A stretch of 64,000 nucleotides of DNA from Eubacteriales bacterium (GCA_045653705.1 JAZOMG010000044.1:10137-74136), one strand, 5' to 3'; shown: positions 38,133 through 48,086, counted from the stretch's first letter. Numbers and translations are program-made. The notes: a model not told the origin generated them from the letters alone.

Positions 38133-39368
38133 TTATTCCTTAATTATAACCTGCCTTGGACTTATGAGGTCCGCTATTGTTCTTATAGTGTCGTATATAG
38201 CGAATGCGGCTATTATTACTACCACGAAATAGATTATAACTGCATTAGCCGTAATAGGCGCCCACAGGGGCATCGGTATTCCAAAGAACAAAAAGGGAAT
38301 GAGCATACATATAAGGTAGCCCTTTCTTCTCGATCCCGTACCCCAATTGTTGGCAAAGCCCTCGTTGCAAAGATAGATGACGGGTATGATAAAGAGCGAC
38401 CAAGCGTAGGTGGAGCAAAGGGCGGGGTAGGAAATAAAGGCGATACAGCCTGCCGCCCAGACCTTCCAGCGTTCCTTGTATATAAATGGCGCGGCTATAA
38501 AGTTGATACAGGTGAGGAAGAACCACGCATATGCCACGCTTGCCACCGCGTTATACTGAATATGCGCGTATTTGCTGATAACCGAAAGCACGTTGCCTGT
38601 GCCCGAGGAGAACGAGGTGATGTTCTTGAAAATAGTCAAAAGGCAAGCAGGTCCGCCGAAAGCGAAGCTCGGCAGAATAAGGAATGCAAGAGAGTAGATA
38701 GCACATCTCGCAAATTCCTTGTAGCGCTTGTCACCTATAAGTATCCAAGCGAAGATTATGGGGTATAGCTTTAGCGAAAAGGAAAAGGCGAGACAGATAA
38801 TTCCAAGCTCCCTTACCCACGCCGATTTGCTGTTGTAGGTTACGGCGTATACCGTAAGAGCGATAAACGCCAAGGTCATAATATTTCCGCGCTCCAGCAT
38901 ATTGAGGAAGGGAACGCTGAATACCGCAACGAAAGTAAGGAGCAGCTTGTGAGTGTGGGGAAGCTTTACGCTCTTATATACAAGCAGAGCAAACAGTCCG
39001 ATGCTCAAAGCCACGAACACAACGATAAGAAGTGTGTTTATTCCGTATTCATTCCAGCTGTAACGCTCGTCAAAGCTTGTGGCATTGTAGGCATCGGGGG
39101 TGATAAAGGACAAAAGCCAGAATATAAGATTAGCCATGGGGGGATATATAACGCCCCGCTCTGTGTAAGCGCCGCTCCCTAAGGACGCATCCCGCAGGGA
39201 ATTGAAGAAATCCATAAAGCTATCCCTTGCGTGGTCAAAGAACACCGAAGTCCACGCCGCTCCGCCGCTAAAGACGGTTATAAGGAGATAGGTCTCCATG
39301 GAGATCAGGATAGAGATAATAAAGAGAAATATATAATTCTCCTTACAGCTTTTTATAAGCTTTTTCAT
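38133..39368 (-). CDS. Membrane glycosyltransferase, GT87/DUF2029-like (GT-C fold)
   Basis: Multi-TM; DF, IYPP, ERGN, KLYP motifs. Confidence 0.75.
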   Translation of the reverse strand: MKKLIKSCKENYIFLFIISILISMETYLLITVFSGGAAWTSVFFDHARDSFMDFFNSLRDASLGSGAYTERGVIYPPMANLIFWLLSFITPDAYNATSFDERYSWNEYGINTLLIVVFVALSIGLFALLVYKSVKLPHTHKLLLTFVAVFSVPFLNMLERGNIMTLAFIALTVYAVTYNSKSAWVRELGIICLAFSFSLKLYPIIFAWILIGDKRYKEFARCAIYSLAFLILPSFAFGGPACLLTIFKNITSFSSGTGNVLSVISKYAHIQYNAVASVAYAWFFLTCINFIAAPFIYKERWKVWAAGCIAFISYPALCSTYAWSLFIIPVIYLCNEGFANNWGTGSRRKGYLICMLIPFLFFGIPMPLWAPITANAVIIYFVVVIIAAFAIYDTIRTIADLISPRQVIIKE

Positions 39369-39384
39369 ATTCTCTCACTTCCTC

Positions 39385-40344
39385 TCATTTTATCATCTTA
39401 TAGGCAAGGATAAGCGCGCGGTAGCTGACGATCATCGCAAGGGCGCTTCCTTTCATAGTAATGGGAACGTAAGAGGCTCCCAGATATCCAAAAATATTTT
39501 TGCGGATAAAGGCTTTTATTTCCTTTATCATAGATTTGTCATAGGTCTTGTTTCTTCCCATAGCGATGACACACGCCATATATTCGGTGATAACGTAATT
39601 GGCGGCGGCTTTTTGCATATGGGGGTAGCGCTTGCATACGTAAGCGTAGTCATCCTTAAAATGTTCGTAGGCTCTTTTTGTGGCTTCGGTGTAGCCCGTT
39701 CGGCTTGCGCTGTTTTCGGTGAGAACGTAAAAATATCCGGCGGTATCGGCGTATTCTATCCGCTCCGCAATGCCAAAGAGCTGCAAAAGCATATAGTAAT
39801 CCTCTCCCACAAAGTTTCCCTCGGGAAAGTCTATGGCGCTCATAAGAGACGCTTTATATATCTTGTTCCAAGGAAAGGGAAATACCGCCTGCCTTGTATG
39901 GAGATATTCTATAGCGCTCTCTCCGCTTATGGGAAAGCTCTCGTCACCTGTAAAGGCGTTTTTTATTTTTGAGCTTTTTTTATCCAAAACCTCTGTATAG
40001 TCGCAAAAAACGATATCGGCGTCTGTCAACTCTGCCTTTTGGAGGAGGGCTGTATAAAGCTCGGGGTCAACGTAGTCGTCAATATCAAGAAACGCCACAT
40101 ATTTTCCCGATGCTTCGGCAAGTCCGCGACGGCGAGCGCTTGCCGCACCACCGTTTTCTTTGTTTATCACGCGAAGGCTGTTGTATTTTTCAGCATAACT
40201 TTCCAGTATGGACAAAGAGCTGTCTCGGCTTCCGTCATTGACCGCTATTACCTCTATTTTGTCGGATGCGGACGGCAAAAGGCTGTCAAGGCATCTCGCT
40301 ATATATTTTTCCCCATTATATACGGGAATTATCACGCTTAACAT
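39385..40344 (-). CDS. Glycosyltransferase family 2
   Basis: SVIIPVYN, NDGS.D, FLDIDD, WNKIY, GED motifs. Confidence 0.92.
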   Translation of the reverse strand: MLSVIIPVYNGEKYIARCLDSLLPSASDKIEVIAVNDGSRDSSLSILESYAEKYNSLRVINKENGGAASARRRGLAEASGKYVAFLDIDDYVDPELYTALLQKAELTDADIVFCDYTEVLDKKSSKIKNAFTGDESFPISGESAIEYLHTRQAVFPFPWNKIYKASLMSAIDFPEGNFVGEDYYMLLQLFGIAERIEYADTAGYFYVLTENSASRTGYTEATKRAYEHFKDDYAYVCKRYPHMQKAAANYVITEYMACVIAMGRNKTYDKSMIKEIKAFIRKNIFGYLGASYVPITMKGSALAMIVSYRALILAYKMIK

Positions 40345-40421
40345 CAAAAACCGCCCCCTGCTACAATCTTTACTACATTATTATATCATCTTTACGCTCT
40401 GCCGTCAAGTGCTTTGTGCTA

Positions 40422-42392
40422 TTACCTTCCGCGCTTTCCGTTTCTTTTGCTGTCGGAATTGCCTTTTTTAGGGCTGTTCTTGTGTCCGTTTGCTTTTTTT
40501 GATTGATTTTTTGAGTTGTTTTTACCCGCCGACGGCGTTGCTTTTTCCTTTTTGCCCCTTGCTTTCTGTCCTTTTTCGCTTGGAGAAAAGTTCCTTGTTG
40601 CCTCAGGACGGACAAGACATTCCTTTCCGTAGCCTATAAGGTCCTCTCTGCCGAGAAGTGTCAGCGCCTCTCTGACAAGGGGGGCGTTTTGCGGACGGTT
40701 AAATTGCAAAAGGGCTCTTTGAAGCTGTTTTTCGTGATAATCGGTAGCCACGTAAACGTTCTTCATTGTCAAGGGGTCAATGCCCGTGTAGAACATTACG
40801 GTGGAAGCCGTGCCTGGAGTGGGATAATAATCCTGTACCTGCTCGGGGGCGTAGTTATCGCGTTTCAGACACAGAGCGAGCTCTAAGGCGTCCTTTAGGG
40901 TGGAGCCGGGGTGGCTCGACATAAGGTAGGGAACAAGATATTGCTCCTTGCCCGCTTTTTTTGTAAGCTCGAAATATTTTTTTCTGAAGCCCTCGTAAAC
41001 TGCAAAATCGGGCTTGCCCATACAACGAAGCACTGCAGACGAGCAATGCTCGGGGGCGACCTTAAGCTGTCCGCTTACGTTATCGGCTACAAGCTTTTTG
41101 AAAAAGGCATCGCTTTTGTCCAGCATAAGGTAATCGAAGCGTATTCCCGAACGAATAAACACCTTTTTTACCTTGGGAAGTTTCTCTATTTCCTCTATAA
41201 GTCGGAGATATTCGCTGTGGTCTACCTTTAAATTTTTACAGGGGGTGGGGGCGAGGCACTTTCTCGAGGCGCACACGCCGTCCTCTAGCTGTTTGTCGCA
41301 GGCGGGATAGCGGAAGTTCGCCGTAGGTCCACCTACGTCGTGAATATATCCCTTGAAGTCGGGGAGCTCGGTTATTTTGCGAGCCTCGGCAAGAACGCTG
41401 TCGGCGCTTCTTGAACGTACCGTTCTTCCCTGATGAAAGGCAAGAGCGCAGAAATTGCAAGCACCGAAGCACCCTCTGTTGTGGGTAAGGGAAAATCTCA
41501 CTTCCTGTATGGCGGGCACGCCGCCGTCTTTTTCGTATATGGGGTGGTAGGTCCTCATATAGGGCAGAGAATATACCCTGTCAAGCTCCTCTCGCTCTAA
41601 AGGCGGCATAGGGGGATTTTGCACCAACAGCTTGCCGTCGTAATTTTCCACTATTGCCTTGCCGTTTATGGCATCTTGATTTTTGTACTGAACTCCGAAT
41701 GCTTCGGCGTACCTTCTCTTGTCGGTTTTCAGGTCGTTATAGTCGAAGGTTGCCGCCACCTCATAGTGCAGTTTATCATCGGGACGGCACATATATACCG
41801 TTCCCCGAACGTCTCTTATCTTCTTAACGGGCACGCCCTTGTCCAATAGTCTTGCAATTCTCAACAGTATATTCTCACCCATTCCATAGGTGAGAATGTC
41901 GGCTCTCGAATCGACAAGAATAGAACGGCGAACGCTGTCCGTCCAATAATCATAATGGGCAAAGCGACGTAAGGAGGCTTCAAGCCCTCCGATTATTATA
42001 GGCACGTCTCCGTAAGCCTCTCTTATTCGATTGCAATAAACGACAGTCGCTCTATCGGGGCGGTTGCCTGCTTTACCGCCGGCAGAGTAGTAATCGTAGC
42101 TTCTCTTTTTCTTTGCCGCGGTGTAGTGCGCCACCATCGAATCTATGTTTCCTGCCGTAACAAGAAATCCGAGGCGCGGTCTGCCAAACTCCCGAAAAGC
42201 GTCACAGCTCTTATAATCAGGTTGGGAAAGTATGGCTATCCGAAATCCGTCTGCTTCGAGAACACGGGAAATTATAGCCACGCCGAAGCTTGGGTGGTCA
42301 ACGTAGGCGTCTCCCGTCACGTATACGAAATCGGGGCGTTCCCAGCCGAGGGCGTTCATTTCCGCCTTTGATATTGGTAAAAATCCGCACAT
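40422..42392 (-). CDS. YgiQ family radical SAM protein
   Basis: GDAYVDHPSFG, RGCFGACNFC, DVGGPTAN, LKVAPEH motifs. Confidence 0.93.
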   Translation of the reverse strand: MCGFLPISKAEMNALGWERPDFVYVTGDAYVDHPSFGVAIISRVLEADGFRIAILSQPDYKSCDAFREFGRPRLGFLVTAGNIDSMVAHYTAAKKKRSYDYYSAGGKAGNRPDRATVVYCNRIREAYGDVPIIIGGLEASLRRFAHYDYWTDSVRRSILVDSRADILTYGMGENILLRIARLLDKGVPVKKIRDVRGTVYMCRPDDKLHYEVAATFDYNDLKTDKRRYAEAFGVQYKNQDAINGKAIVENYDGKLLVQNPPMPPLEREELDRVYSLPYMRTYHPIYEKDGGVPAIQEVRFSLTHNRGCFGACNFCALAFHQGRTVRSRSADSVLAEARKITELPDFKGYIHDVGGPTANFRYPACDKQLEDGVCASRKCLAPTPCKNLKVDHSEYLRLIEEIEKLPKVKKVFIRSGIRFDYLMLDKSDAFFKKLVADNVSGQLKVAPEHCSSAVLRCMGKPDFAVYEGFRKKYFELTKKAGKEQYLVPYLMSSHPGSTLKDALELALCLKRDNYAPEQVQDYYPTPGTASTVMFYTGIDPLTMKNVYVATDYHEKQLQRALLQFNRPQNAPLVREALTLLGREDLIGYGKECLVRPEATRNFSPSEKGQKARGKKEKATPSAGKNNSKNQSKKANGHKNSPKKGNSDSKRNGKRGR

Positions 42393-42396
42393 AATC

Positions 42397-43182
42397 TTAA
42401 CCTACAAGTCTGCCCTTATCGGCAAATTCGGAGGGGGTCAAGCCTGTAAGTGACTTGAACACCTTGCAGAAATAAGAGGAGTTGGCAAAGCCGACGGCTA
42501 CGGCAATATCCTCTACCGACGCGCCCGAGCGGATAAGAAGCTCCTTTGCTTTATCAACACGGTACTGCTGAATGTACTTTGTGGGAGCAACGCCGAAAAC
42601 GGCTGTAAAAATGCTTCTGTAATAGGTCTCGCCCATTCCCGACATGTTTGCAAGCATGGGTGTGTAAAGATCTTGACGGCTGTAATTCGCCTCGATATAT
42701 TTCACCGAGCGGTGTATAAGACGGTATTTTCCCGCAAGGGTATCGGAAAAGGATTGAGCCGAGGATATCTGCGTGAGAAGTCCGTAAAGCTCGGACAGAC
42801 ATTTGGAACGGAAAGCGGGTCCTCTCAATGTCCAATAATGGAGAATGTCGTTGACGGTAGAAAATATCTCCTCGTCTCCCCCTGTATATAGCTCGCAGGG
42901 CTTGTATTTTTCGGCACTGTCAACCGAAAGCTCTATAACGACACATTCGCCCTCTCTTTCGATATACATATCATATTCCGTGCCCTTGGGAATGAACATA
43001 ACGTTCTCGCTGTCTGCCATATATCTTTTTTCGCCAACGGTATAGGAGGTCTTGCCCTTGCTTTTTACGACAAGCAGGGTAGAGCCTGCCTTGCCCCTTG
43101 CCTGACTGTCTGTGGGCAGACAGCTCCTGTATATGCCCTCGATATTAAGTACCGTAAGATTTGATATGTCAAATTTTTTCAT
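42397..43182 (-). CDS. AraC family transcriptional regulator
   Basis: C-terminal double HTH (IAVAVGFANSSYFCKVFK..TG.TP); N-terminal cupin-like region. Confidence 0.9.
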   Translation of the reverse strand: MKKFDISNLTVLNIEGIYRSCLPTDSQARGKAGSTLLVVKSKGKTSYTVGEKRYMADSENVMFIPKGTEYDMYIEREGECVVIELSVDSAEKYKPCELYTGGDEEIFSTVNDILHYWTLRGPAFRSKCLSELYGLLTQISSAQSFSDTLAGKYRLIHRSVKYIEANYSRQDLYTPMLANMSGMGETYYRSIFTAVFGVAPTKYIQQYRVDKAKELLIRSGASVEDIAVAVGFANSSYFCKVFKSLTGLTPSEFADKGRLVG

Positions 43183-43412
43183 ACTCTTTCTCCGATTTCG
43201 AAAATTCGTCACATTTAAGTGCGTTTTTAATTCAATAAATATTATATCATAATTATAATAAATTGTCAATAACTGCCGAAAATTTATGTGATGTTTTTTG
43301 AAATGAAATATTATCAACACTCAACAATAATTGATAGAAAGGTTATTGACATTTTTCGATTTTTGTTGTATAATATAGTGCAGTATATTATTTTATAAGG
43401 AGAAATCTCACC

Positions 43413-45098
43413 GTGTCTGAAAAAAACAGCTACCTAAGAGACGATTTCAAGGAATATACCCCATTTGGCATCTCAATGTACGAATATATGTATAACAGGG
43501 CAAAGGATTTTGGCGACCTGCCCGCTCTGTCCTTTTACGGAACAAAATCTTCCTATAACGAAATGTTTGAAAGGATAGAGGAAGCCGAGCGCGCGCTCCG
43601 CGGTATGGGTATCAAAAACGGTGATATAGTAGCCGTTTCTCTGCCCGGAATGCCAGAGGCGGTACACCTTATTTACGCAATAAACAAAATAGGCGCCATC
43701 TACTGTGCCTTTGACTGCCGTTCTCAAGAGTGCGAAATACTTGAAACTCTTGAAAAATTCGACCCCAAGCTCTGTATAATCCCCAGCTTTCAGCTTGGAG
43801 CGTTCAAGAACGTTCACGACCATACCGTGGTGTATATCGACCCCACCCATTCTATCGGCGGTCCTACCAAAATAACCTCGTTTATCGCTAATGTATGGAC
43901 GGGCAGAATATTTATTCAGAGCAGAAACAAAAATCTGCTGTCCTATGACGAATTTCTGAAAAAAGCGGCAGAGGGAGAAAATCTTCCCCCCGAGAAAAAT
44001 GCCGATAATATTTTCGGCTGCTTCTACACCAGCGGAACGACCTATGGCAGAAAGAGCATTATACTCACAAACGAAAACGTAAACTCGGCGGCGTATCAGT
44101 ATGCCATAACCGAGAACTACGTTCAAAAGGGCGAGGCTATGCTTGATATTATGCCTATGTTTACCTGCTACGGCGTTACTATCGCTATGCACTTGCCTCT
44201 GTCTCTCGGCGTTCACGTAAAGCTTATTCCTCTTATAAACATAAAGAAGCTAAAGCAGACCATAATGAGAGAAAAGCCCAACTTCCTTATTACCGTTCCC
44301 GCCCATTGGGAATATTTCGTAAAGGAGAATTTTGACGGCTGCGACCTTTCCTATCTCCGTACGGTCATCGTAGGCGGTGATAAGATAGACCCCGAGTATG
44401 AGGATAAGATAACCGAGATATTCCACAAATGCGGAAGCGATGCGTGGATACGCTGTGGATACGGTCTGTCCGAGACTACCTCTGTGGGAGTTCTTCCCGC
44501 TAAGGGTACGCCCAAGGGAAGCGTTGGTAAGCCTATGGTACATACTCTCATCGGAATTTTCGACAGAGATACCTGGGAGCCTCTGCCCCGCGGTGAAAAG
44601 GGCGAGATATGTATTTACGGTCCTACCGTTTGCAACGGCTACTTCAAGGATGAGGAAATGACCGAAATGCTTCTTAAAAAGCACGATGACGGAAGAGTGT
44701 GGGCGCACACGGGCGACGTGGGATATATCGATGAGGACGGATATCTGTTCTTCTGCGAGCGCCTTAAGAGAATGTACGTCCGTTTTGACGGAACAAAGAT
44801 ATCTCCCTTTTCCATTGAGCAGATACTTTCGGGCTGTCAGCCTATAGCCCGTTGCATGGTAACGGCTATACGCGATAAGGATCACTCCCACGGAATGTGC
44901 GCGAGAGCGCTTATCGTTCTCCGCGAGGGTGTGGATAAAAAATCCGCAAAAGCCGAAATAGATAAGTATATCCACGAAAATCTCGGACAGCATATGGTGC
45001 CCAAGGAGATAATGTTTGTGGAAAAGCTTCCCTATACGAAAATGGGCAAGCTTGACTACTTTGCTGCCGCTCAGATGGAAAACACGGAAGAGAAATAA
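43413..45098 (+). CDS. Class I adenylate-forming enzyme (acyl-CoA ligase)
   Basis: YTSGTT, GYGLSE, HTGD.G, GKLD motifs; GTG start with AGGAG RBS. Confidence 0.9.
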   Translation: MSEKNSYLRDDFKEYTPFGISMYEYMYNRAKDFGDLPALSFYGTKSSYNEMFERIEEAERALRGMGIKNGDIVAVSLPGMPEAVHLIYAINKIGAIYCAFDCRSQECEILETLEKFDPKLCIIPSFQLGAFKNVHDHTVVYIDPTHSIGGPTKITSFIANVWTGRIFIQSRNKNLLSYDEFLKKAAEGENLPPEKNADNIFGCFYTSGTTYGRKSIILTNENVNSAAYQYAITENYVQKGEAMLDIMPMFTCYGVTIAMHLPLSLGVHVKLIPLINIKKLKQTIMREKPNFLITVPAHWEYFVKENFDGCDLSYLRTVIVGGDKIDPEYEDKITEIFHKCGSDAWIRCGYGLSETTSVGVLPAKGTPKGSVGKPMVHTLIGIFDRDTWEPLPRGEKGEICIYGPTVCNGYFKDEEMTEMLLKKHDDGRVWAHTGDVGYIDEDGYLFFCERLKRMYVRFDGTKISPFSIEQILSGCQPIARCMVTAIRDKDHSHGMCARALIVLREGVDKKSAKAEIDKYIHENLGQHMVPKEIMFVEKLPYTKMGKLDYFAAAQMENTEEK

Positions 45099-45111
45099 AG
45101 AAACAGAAAAT

Positions 45112-45158
45112 AAATACCGCTTTTACTGTCTATTTCAGAAAGTAAGAGCGGTATTTTT
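45112..45158. terminator. Long bidirectional terminator hairpin, related to 16239-16286
   Basis: AAATACCGCTTTTACT...AGTAAGAGCGGTATTT. Confidence 0.75.
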
Positions 45159-45192
45159 ATATGCATATTTATTTGCCTGCCGATGTTAAAAC

Positions 45193-45522
45193 CTATCTTA
45201 AAATTATAACCTCGCACGGCTTACCTACCTTTTCGGCGTACCTTATGACCGATAAAGTACCCCTTGAATTACCGTCCCAAAATGCTATCACGCTATCAGC
45301 ATAATCTACGATTTTTTTGTTTCTTACTATTGGGGCGGCGCGACCGTATCGGTCATATTCGGGCAAAAACTCTGTGAGCTTTATGCCGTTTTTATTTGCG
45401 TATGACGCGGCGCATTTATCTACCCCACGCGCGCCACCCGATACTATTTCGTCCGCATTTTTAACGTAACTCGAAATGTCCACCAAAGTAATACTTCTTG
45501 AACCAATAACTGCAATTTTCAT
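45193..45522 (-). CDS. SLOG superfamily protein (DUF2493/YpsA-related)
   Basis: IAVIGSR, IVSGGARGVD, A..RN..IV, AFWDG.SRGT motifs. Confidence 0.8.
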   Translation of the reverse strand: MKIAVIGSRSITLVDISSYVKNADEIVSGGARGVDKCAASYANKNGIKLTEFLPEYDRYGRAAPIVRNKKIVDYADSVIAFWDGNSRGTLSVIRYAEKVGKPCEVIILR

Positions 45523-45545
45523 AAAATCTGTCTCCGTTAGAAAAT

Positions 45546-45572
45546 TTAGTATACTCATATTAAGTATACTAA
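45546..45572. promoter_or_regulatory. Palindromic operator candidate between SLOG and Arc genes
   Basis: TTAGTATACT-CATATTA-AGTATACTAA. Confidence 0.55.
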
Positions 45573-45633
45573 CAACATTATACCACAAAATAATCTTAAA
45601 ATATACTTAAATTAAGTTTTTTGGAGATTTTTT

Positions 45634-45825
45634 ATGAGAAATAAGAAAAATAAGCATTTGGGAATAGAGATAGACCCACAGCTGCACTATAAGCTACACT
45701 ACATTTCAAAATATTACGGTCGTTCGGCAAACGGAGAGATACTTTATTTGATACGGCAGGAGATAAAAGCATTCGAAAAATCAGAGGGAGAAATAGAGCT
45801 CCCCGATGATATGTTGAAACAGTAA
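45634..45825 (+). CDS. Arc/ribbon-helix-helix DNA-binding protein
   Basis: 63 aa; beta-strand HLGIEI then LHYKL..I....GRSANGEILYLI; GGAG RBS. Confidence 0.8.
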   Translation: MRNKKNKHLGIEIDPQLHYKLHYISKYYGRSANGEILYLIRQEIKAFEKSEGEIELPDDMLKQ

Positions 45826-45934
45826 ATCAAGCAAAGCGAAAAGCGTCTATGGATTTCCATAAACGCTTTTTTGTAAATATATTGAAAAAATAAGTCTTAT
45901 GTGTTAAAATAATAAAAAAGAAAGGGGCGAGAAA

Positions 45935-47059
45935 ATGAAAAAAAGTCTTGGCATATATATCCACATTCCCTTTTGCCTGAAAAAATGTCTTTATTGCGAT
46001 TTTTGCTCCTTTCCCGACAAAAAAGAGCTTTACGAGGACTACACCGAGGAGCTTATACGGAGAATAAAAAGCGCGTCTGCCGTCTGTTCCGAGCATAGGG
46101 TAAATACCGTCTATTTTGGCGGCGGTACGCCTACGCTTTTGCCTGTGTCCTGCTTCAAAGGGCTCATGGATGCTGTCTTTTCTTCCTTTGATGTGGACGA
46201 AAACGCCGAAATAACCGCCGAGTGCAATCCCGCTACCGCAAGTGCTCATTATCTTACTGAGCTTCGGCAAATAGGTGTGAACAGACTTAGCATAGGACTG
46301 CAAAGTATTCACGAAAATGAGCTGCGAGCCCTGGGGCGCGCCCATTCCTTTGAGGATTTTCTCGAAACCTACGGGTGGGCTAGATCGGCGGGCTTTGAGA
46401 ACATAAGCGCCGATCTGATGTATGGGATTCCCGAGCAAACGGCAGAAAGCTTCCGAAAAAGTCTCGTGGCTCTTTCGGAGCTTGGTCCACAGCATATCTC
46501 GGCTTACGGCTTAAAAATAGAAAAGGGAACACCCTTTTATAAAATGAAAAACAGCATGTCGCTTCCCGATGAGGATACCGAATACGAAATGTATCTTTCT
46601 ATGTCGGAGATATTGGGCGGCTATGGCTACCAAAAATATGAAATAAGCAATTTTTCAAAAAAAGGCTATGAATCAAAGCATAATCTTCGCTATTGGCAGG
46701 GCGGGGAATATCTTGGCTTCGGTGTGGCGGCGCATTCCTATTTTTTGGGGGAACGCTTTGGAAATTCTCGCGATATCGGGGCTTTTCTTCGAGGTGAGAG
46801 CATAGAATGTGAAAGAAGCTCTGTCGATGAAAATGAGAAGCTGAGAGAATATATAATGCTTTCTATGCGGCTGTCTTCGGGTATTGAGCTGTCGGAATTT
46901 GAGACGAGAGCCAAAAAAAGCTTCTTTGAATTTTACGGGCGGACGAATGAGCTTATAAAAAACGGATACATTAAATGTACGGACGGACACATCGCCTTTA
47001 CCGATAAGGGCTTTTTCGTAAGTAACGCCATACTTTCGGATATGCTTGATTTTGAATAG
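45935..47059 (+). CDS. hemW: Radical SAM heme chaperone HemW
   Basis: YIHIPFC..KC.YCDF, GGGTP, YEISNF, HNLRYW motifs. Confidence 0.9.
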   Translation: MKKSLGIYIHIPFCLKKCLYCDFCSFPDKKELYEDYTEELIRRIKSASAVCSEHRVNTVYFGGGTPTLLPVSCFKGLMDAVFSSFDVDENAEITAECNPATASAHYLTELRQIGVNRLSIGLQSIHENELRALGRAHSFEDFLETYGWARSAGFENISADLMYGIPEQTAESFRKSLVALSELGPQHISAYGLKIEKGTPFYKMKNSMSLPDEDTEYEMYLSMSEILGGYGYQKYEISNFSKKGYESKHNLRYWQGGEYLGFGVAAHSYFLGERFGNSRDIGAFLRGESIECERSSVDENEKLREYIMLSMRLSSGIELSEFETRAKKSFFEFYGRTNELIKNGYIKCTDGHIAFTDKGFFVSNAILSDMLDFE

Positions 47060-47126
47060 GAACTATTGACATTTCAGTAGAAATACTGTATAATATATTT
47101 ACAAATAAACTTATAGGAGTGCCGAT

Positions 47127-47411
47127 ATGGAAAACGAAATGATGGAAAATGTAATACTTACCGACGAGGACGGTAACGAAATAGAATTTGAGGTAATAGG
47201 ACAGTGCGAAAAGAACGGTCAGCAGTACTTTGCTATGATCCCCGCGGATGAAAGCGAGCAGAGTGACGACGTTCTGGAGTACGTTATACTTAAGCTGGCA
47301 GAAGAGGACGGAGAGGAAGTTCTCGTAACCGTTGACGACGACGATGAGCTTGACGACGTGGCAGATTATTTCGACGACCTTTTCTCTCAGGAATTGGACT
47401 ACGACAACTGA
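47127..47411 (+). CDS. DUF1292 domain acidic protein
   Basis: LTDEDGNE.EFE, L.TVDDDDE motifs; own sigmaA promoter TTGACA-N17-TATAAT. Confidence 0.85.
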   Translation: MENEMMENVILTDEDGNEIEFEVIGQCEKNGQQYFAMIPADESEQSDDVLEYVILKLAEEDGEEVLVTVDDDDELDDVADYFDDLFSQELDYDN

Positions 47412-47452
47412 AATAAATGCGGAATGCAGAATGCAGAATTAGAAGGTAATTC

Positions 47453-47555
47453 TTAGGTTTTCTTTTGCCTACATTGTTTTATCTCAACAATAAAGATTAA
47501 GAAATAAGCTTTAGGTTTTCTTTTGCTTACTTTTCTTTCCAAAAAGAAAAGTAAG
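47453..47555. repeat. Inverted copy (47516-47555) and degenerate partial copy (47453-47472) of the 15.8-kb palindromic repeat
   Basis: TTTTCTTTTGCTTACTTTTCTTT-CCAA-AAAGAAAAGTAAG matches the reverse complement of 15797-15836 apart from the loop. Confidence 0.85.
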
Positions 47556-47772
47556 TCCTGCTTGGCAGGTGATATTCGGGCATAAAAACCCACGTTAGAA
47601 TAAAGGAATCCGAAATAGAATTCGATTGTGGTTTGCAGACCTCCCTTTATCCCCCTCGATTGACTTGTCTCGACAGGGATATAAGGACGTTGGGAGCAGT
47701 AAAGCATGAGATAGGATACCGCCTTGCACATGCAGGGTTCTCTATTCCCGAGTACACGGTCCGGTGGGATTT
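47553..47772 (+). ncRNA. ssrS: 6S RNA
   Basis: Manual folding gives a ~220-nt rod: AAGTCCTGCT/GGTGGGATTT, TATTCGGG/CCCGAGTA, AACCC/GGGTT, central bubble with 3' hairpin (TGCA-CA-TGCA), GGAATCC/GGATACC, CTCCC/GGGAG, ATCCC/GGGAT; followed by terminator. Confidence 0.8.
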
Positions 47773-47779
47773 TTAGAAT

Positions 47780-47822
47780 AAAAAAAGCAAGACTTGAGGA
47801 AATCCTCGGCCTTGCTTTTTTA
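47780..47822. terminator. Bidirectional terminator (6S RNA / secG)
   Basis: AAAAAAGCAAG...GAGG-AAAT-CCTC...CTTGCTTTTTT. Confidence 0.8.
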
Positions 47823-47837
47823 TATTGTTAATACAGA

Positions 47838-48086
47838 TTACCAAACGTTTGTAACAACGTACATAGCAACTACAACAGCGGCGAAAACGAAAGAAAGAAT
47901 AGTAGTCACACGACTTAAAATCTTTTCCTTAGTCTTACCTTTGCTCTTTGTGAAAAAGCTCTCGCCCGCACCGGTAATAGTACCAGAAAGGCTCTTTTCC
48001 TTACCCGACTGAAGCATAACGCAAGTAACGACAGCAACTGCGAGAACGCAAAGAATAATGCCGAACGTAATCTCTAAAGGTCCCAT
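47838..48086 (-). CDS. secG: Preprotein translocase subunit SecG
   Basis: Two TMs; VMLQSGK..SLSGTITG, LSRVT motifs. Confidence 0.9.
   Translation of the reverse strand: MGPLEITFGIILCVLAVAVVTCVMLQSGKEKSLSGTITGAGESFFTKSKGKTKEKILSRVTTILSFVFAAVVVAMYVVTNVW

Noticed and set aside
47453-47731. 92-aa minus-strand ORF
   Set aside because: Overlaps the 6S RNA and repeat, with no RBS or recognisable protein features
47553-47772. tmRNA, SRP RNA or RNase P RNA near secG
   Set aside because: No tRNA-like ends, no SRP GGAA-loop/AGCAG motif and no RNase P GGAAAGTCC; the fold fits 6S instead
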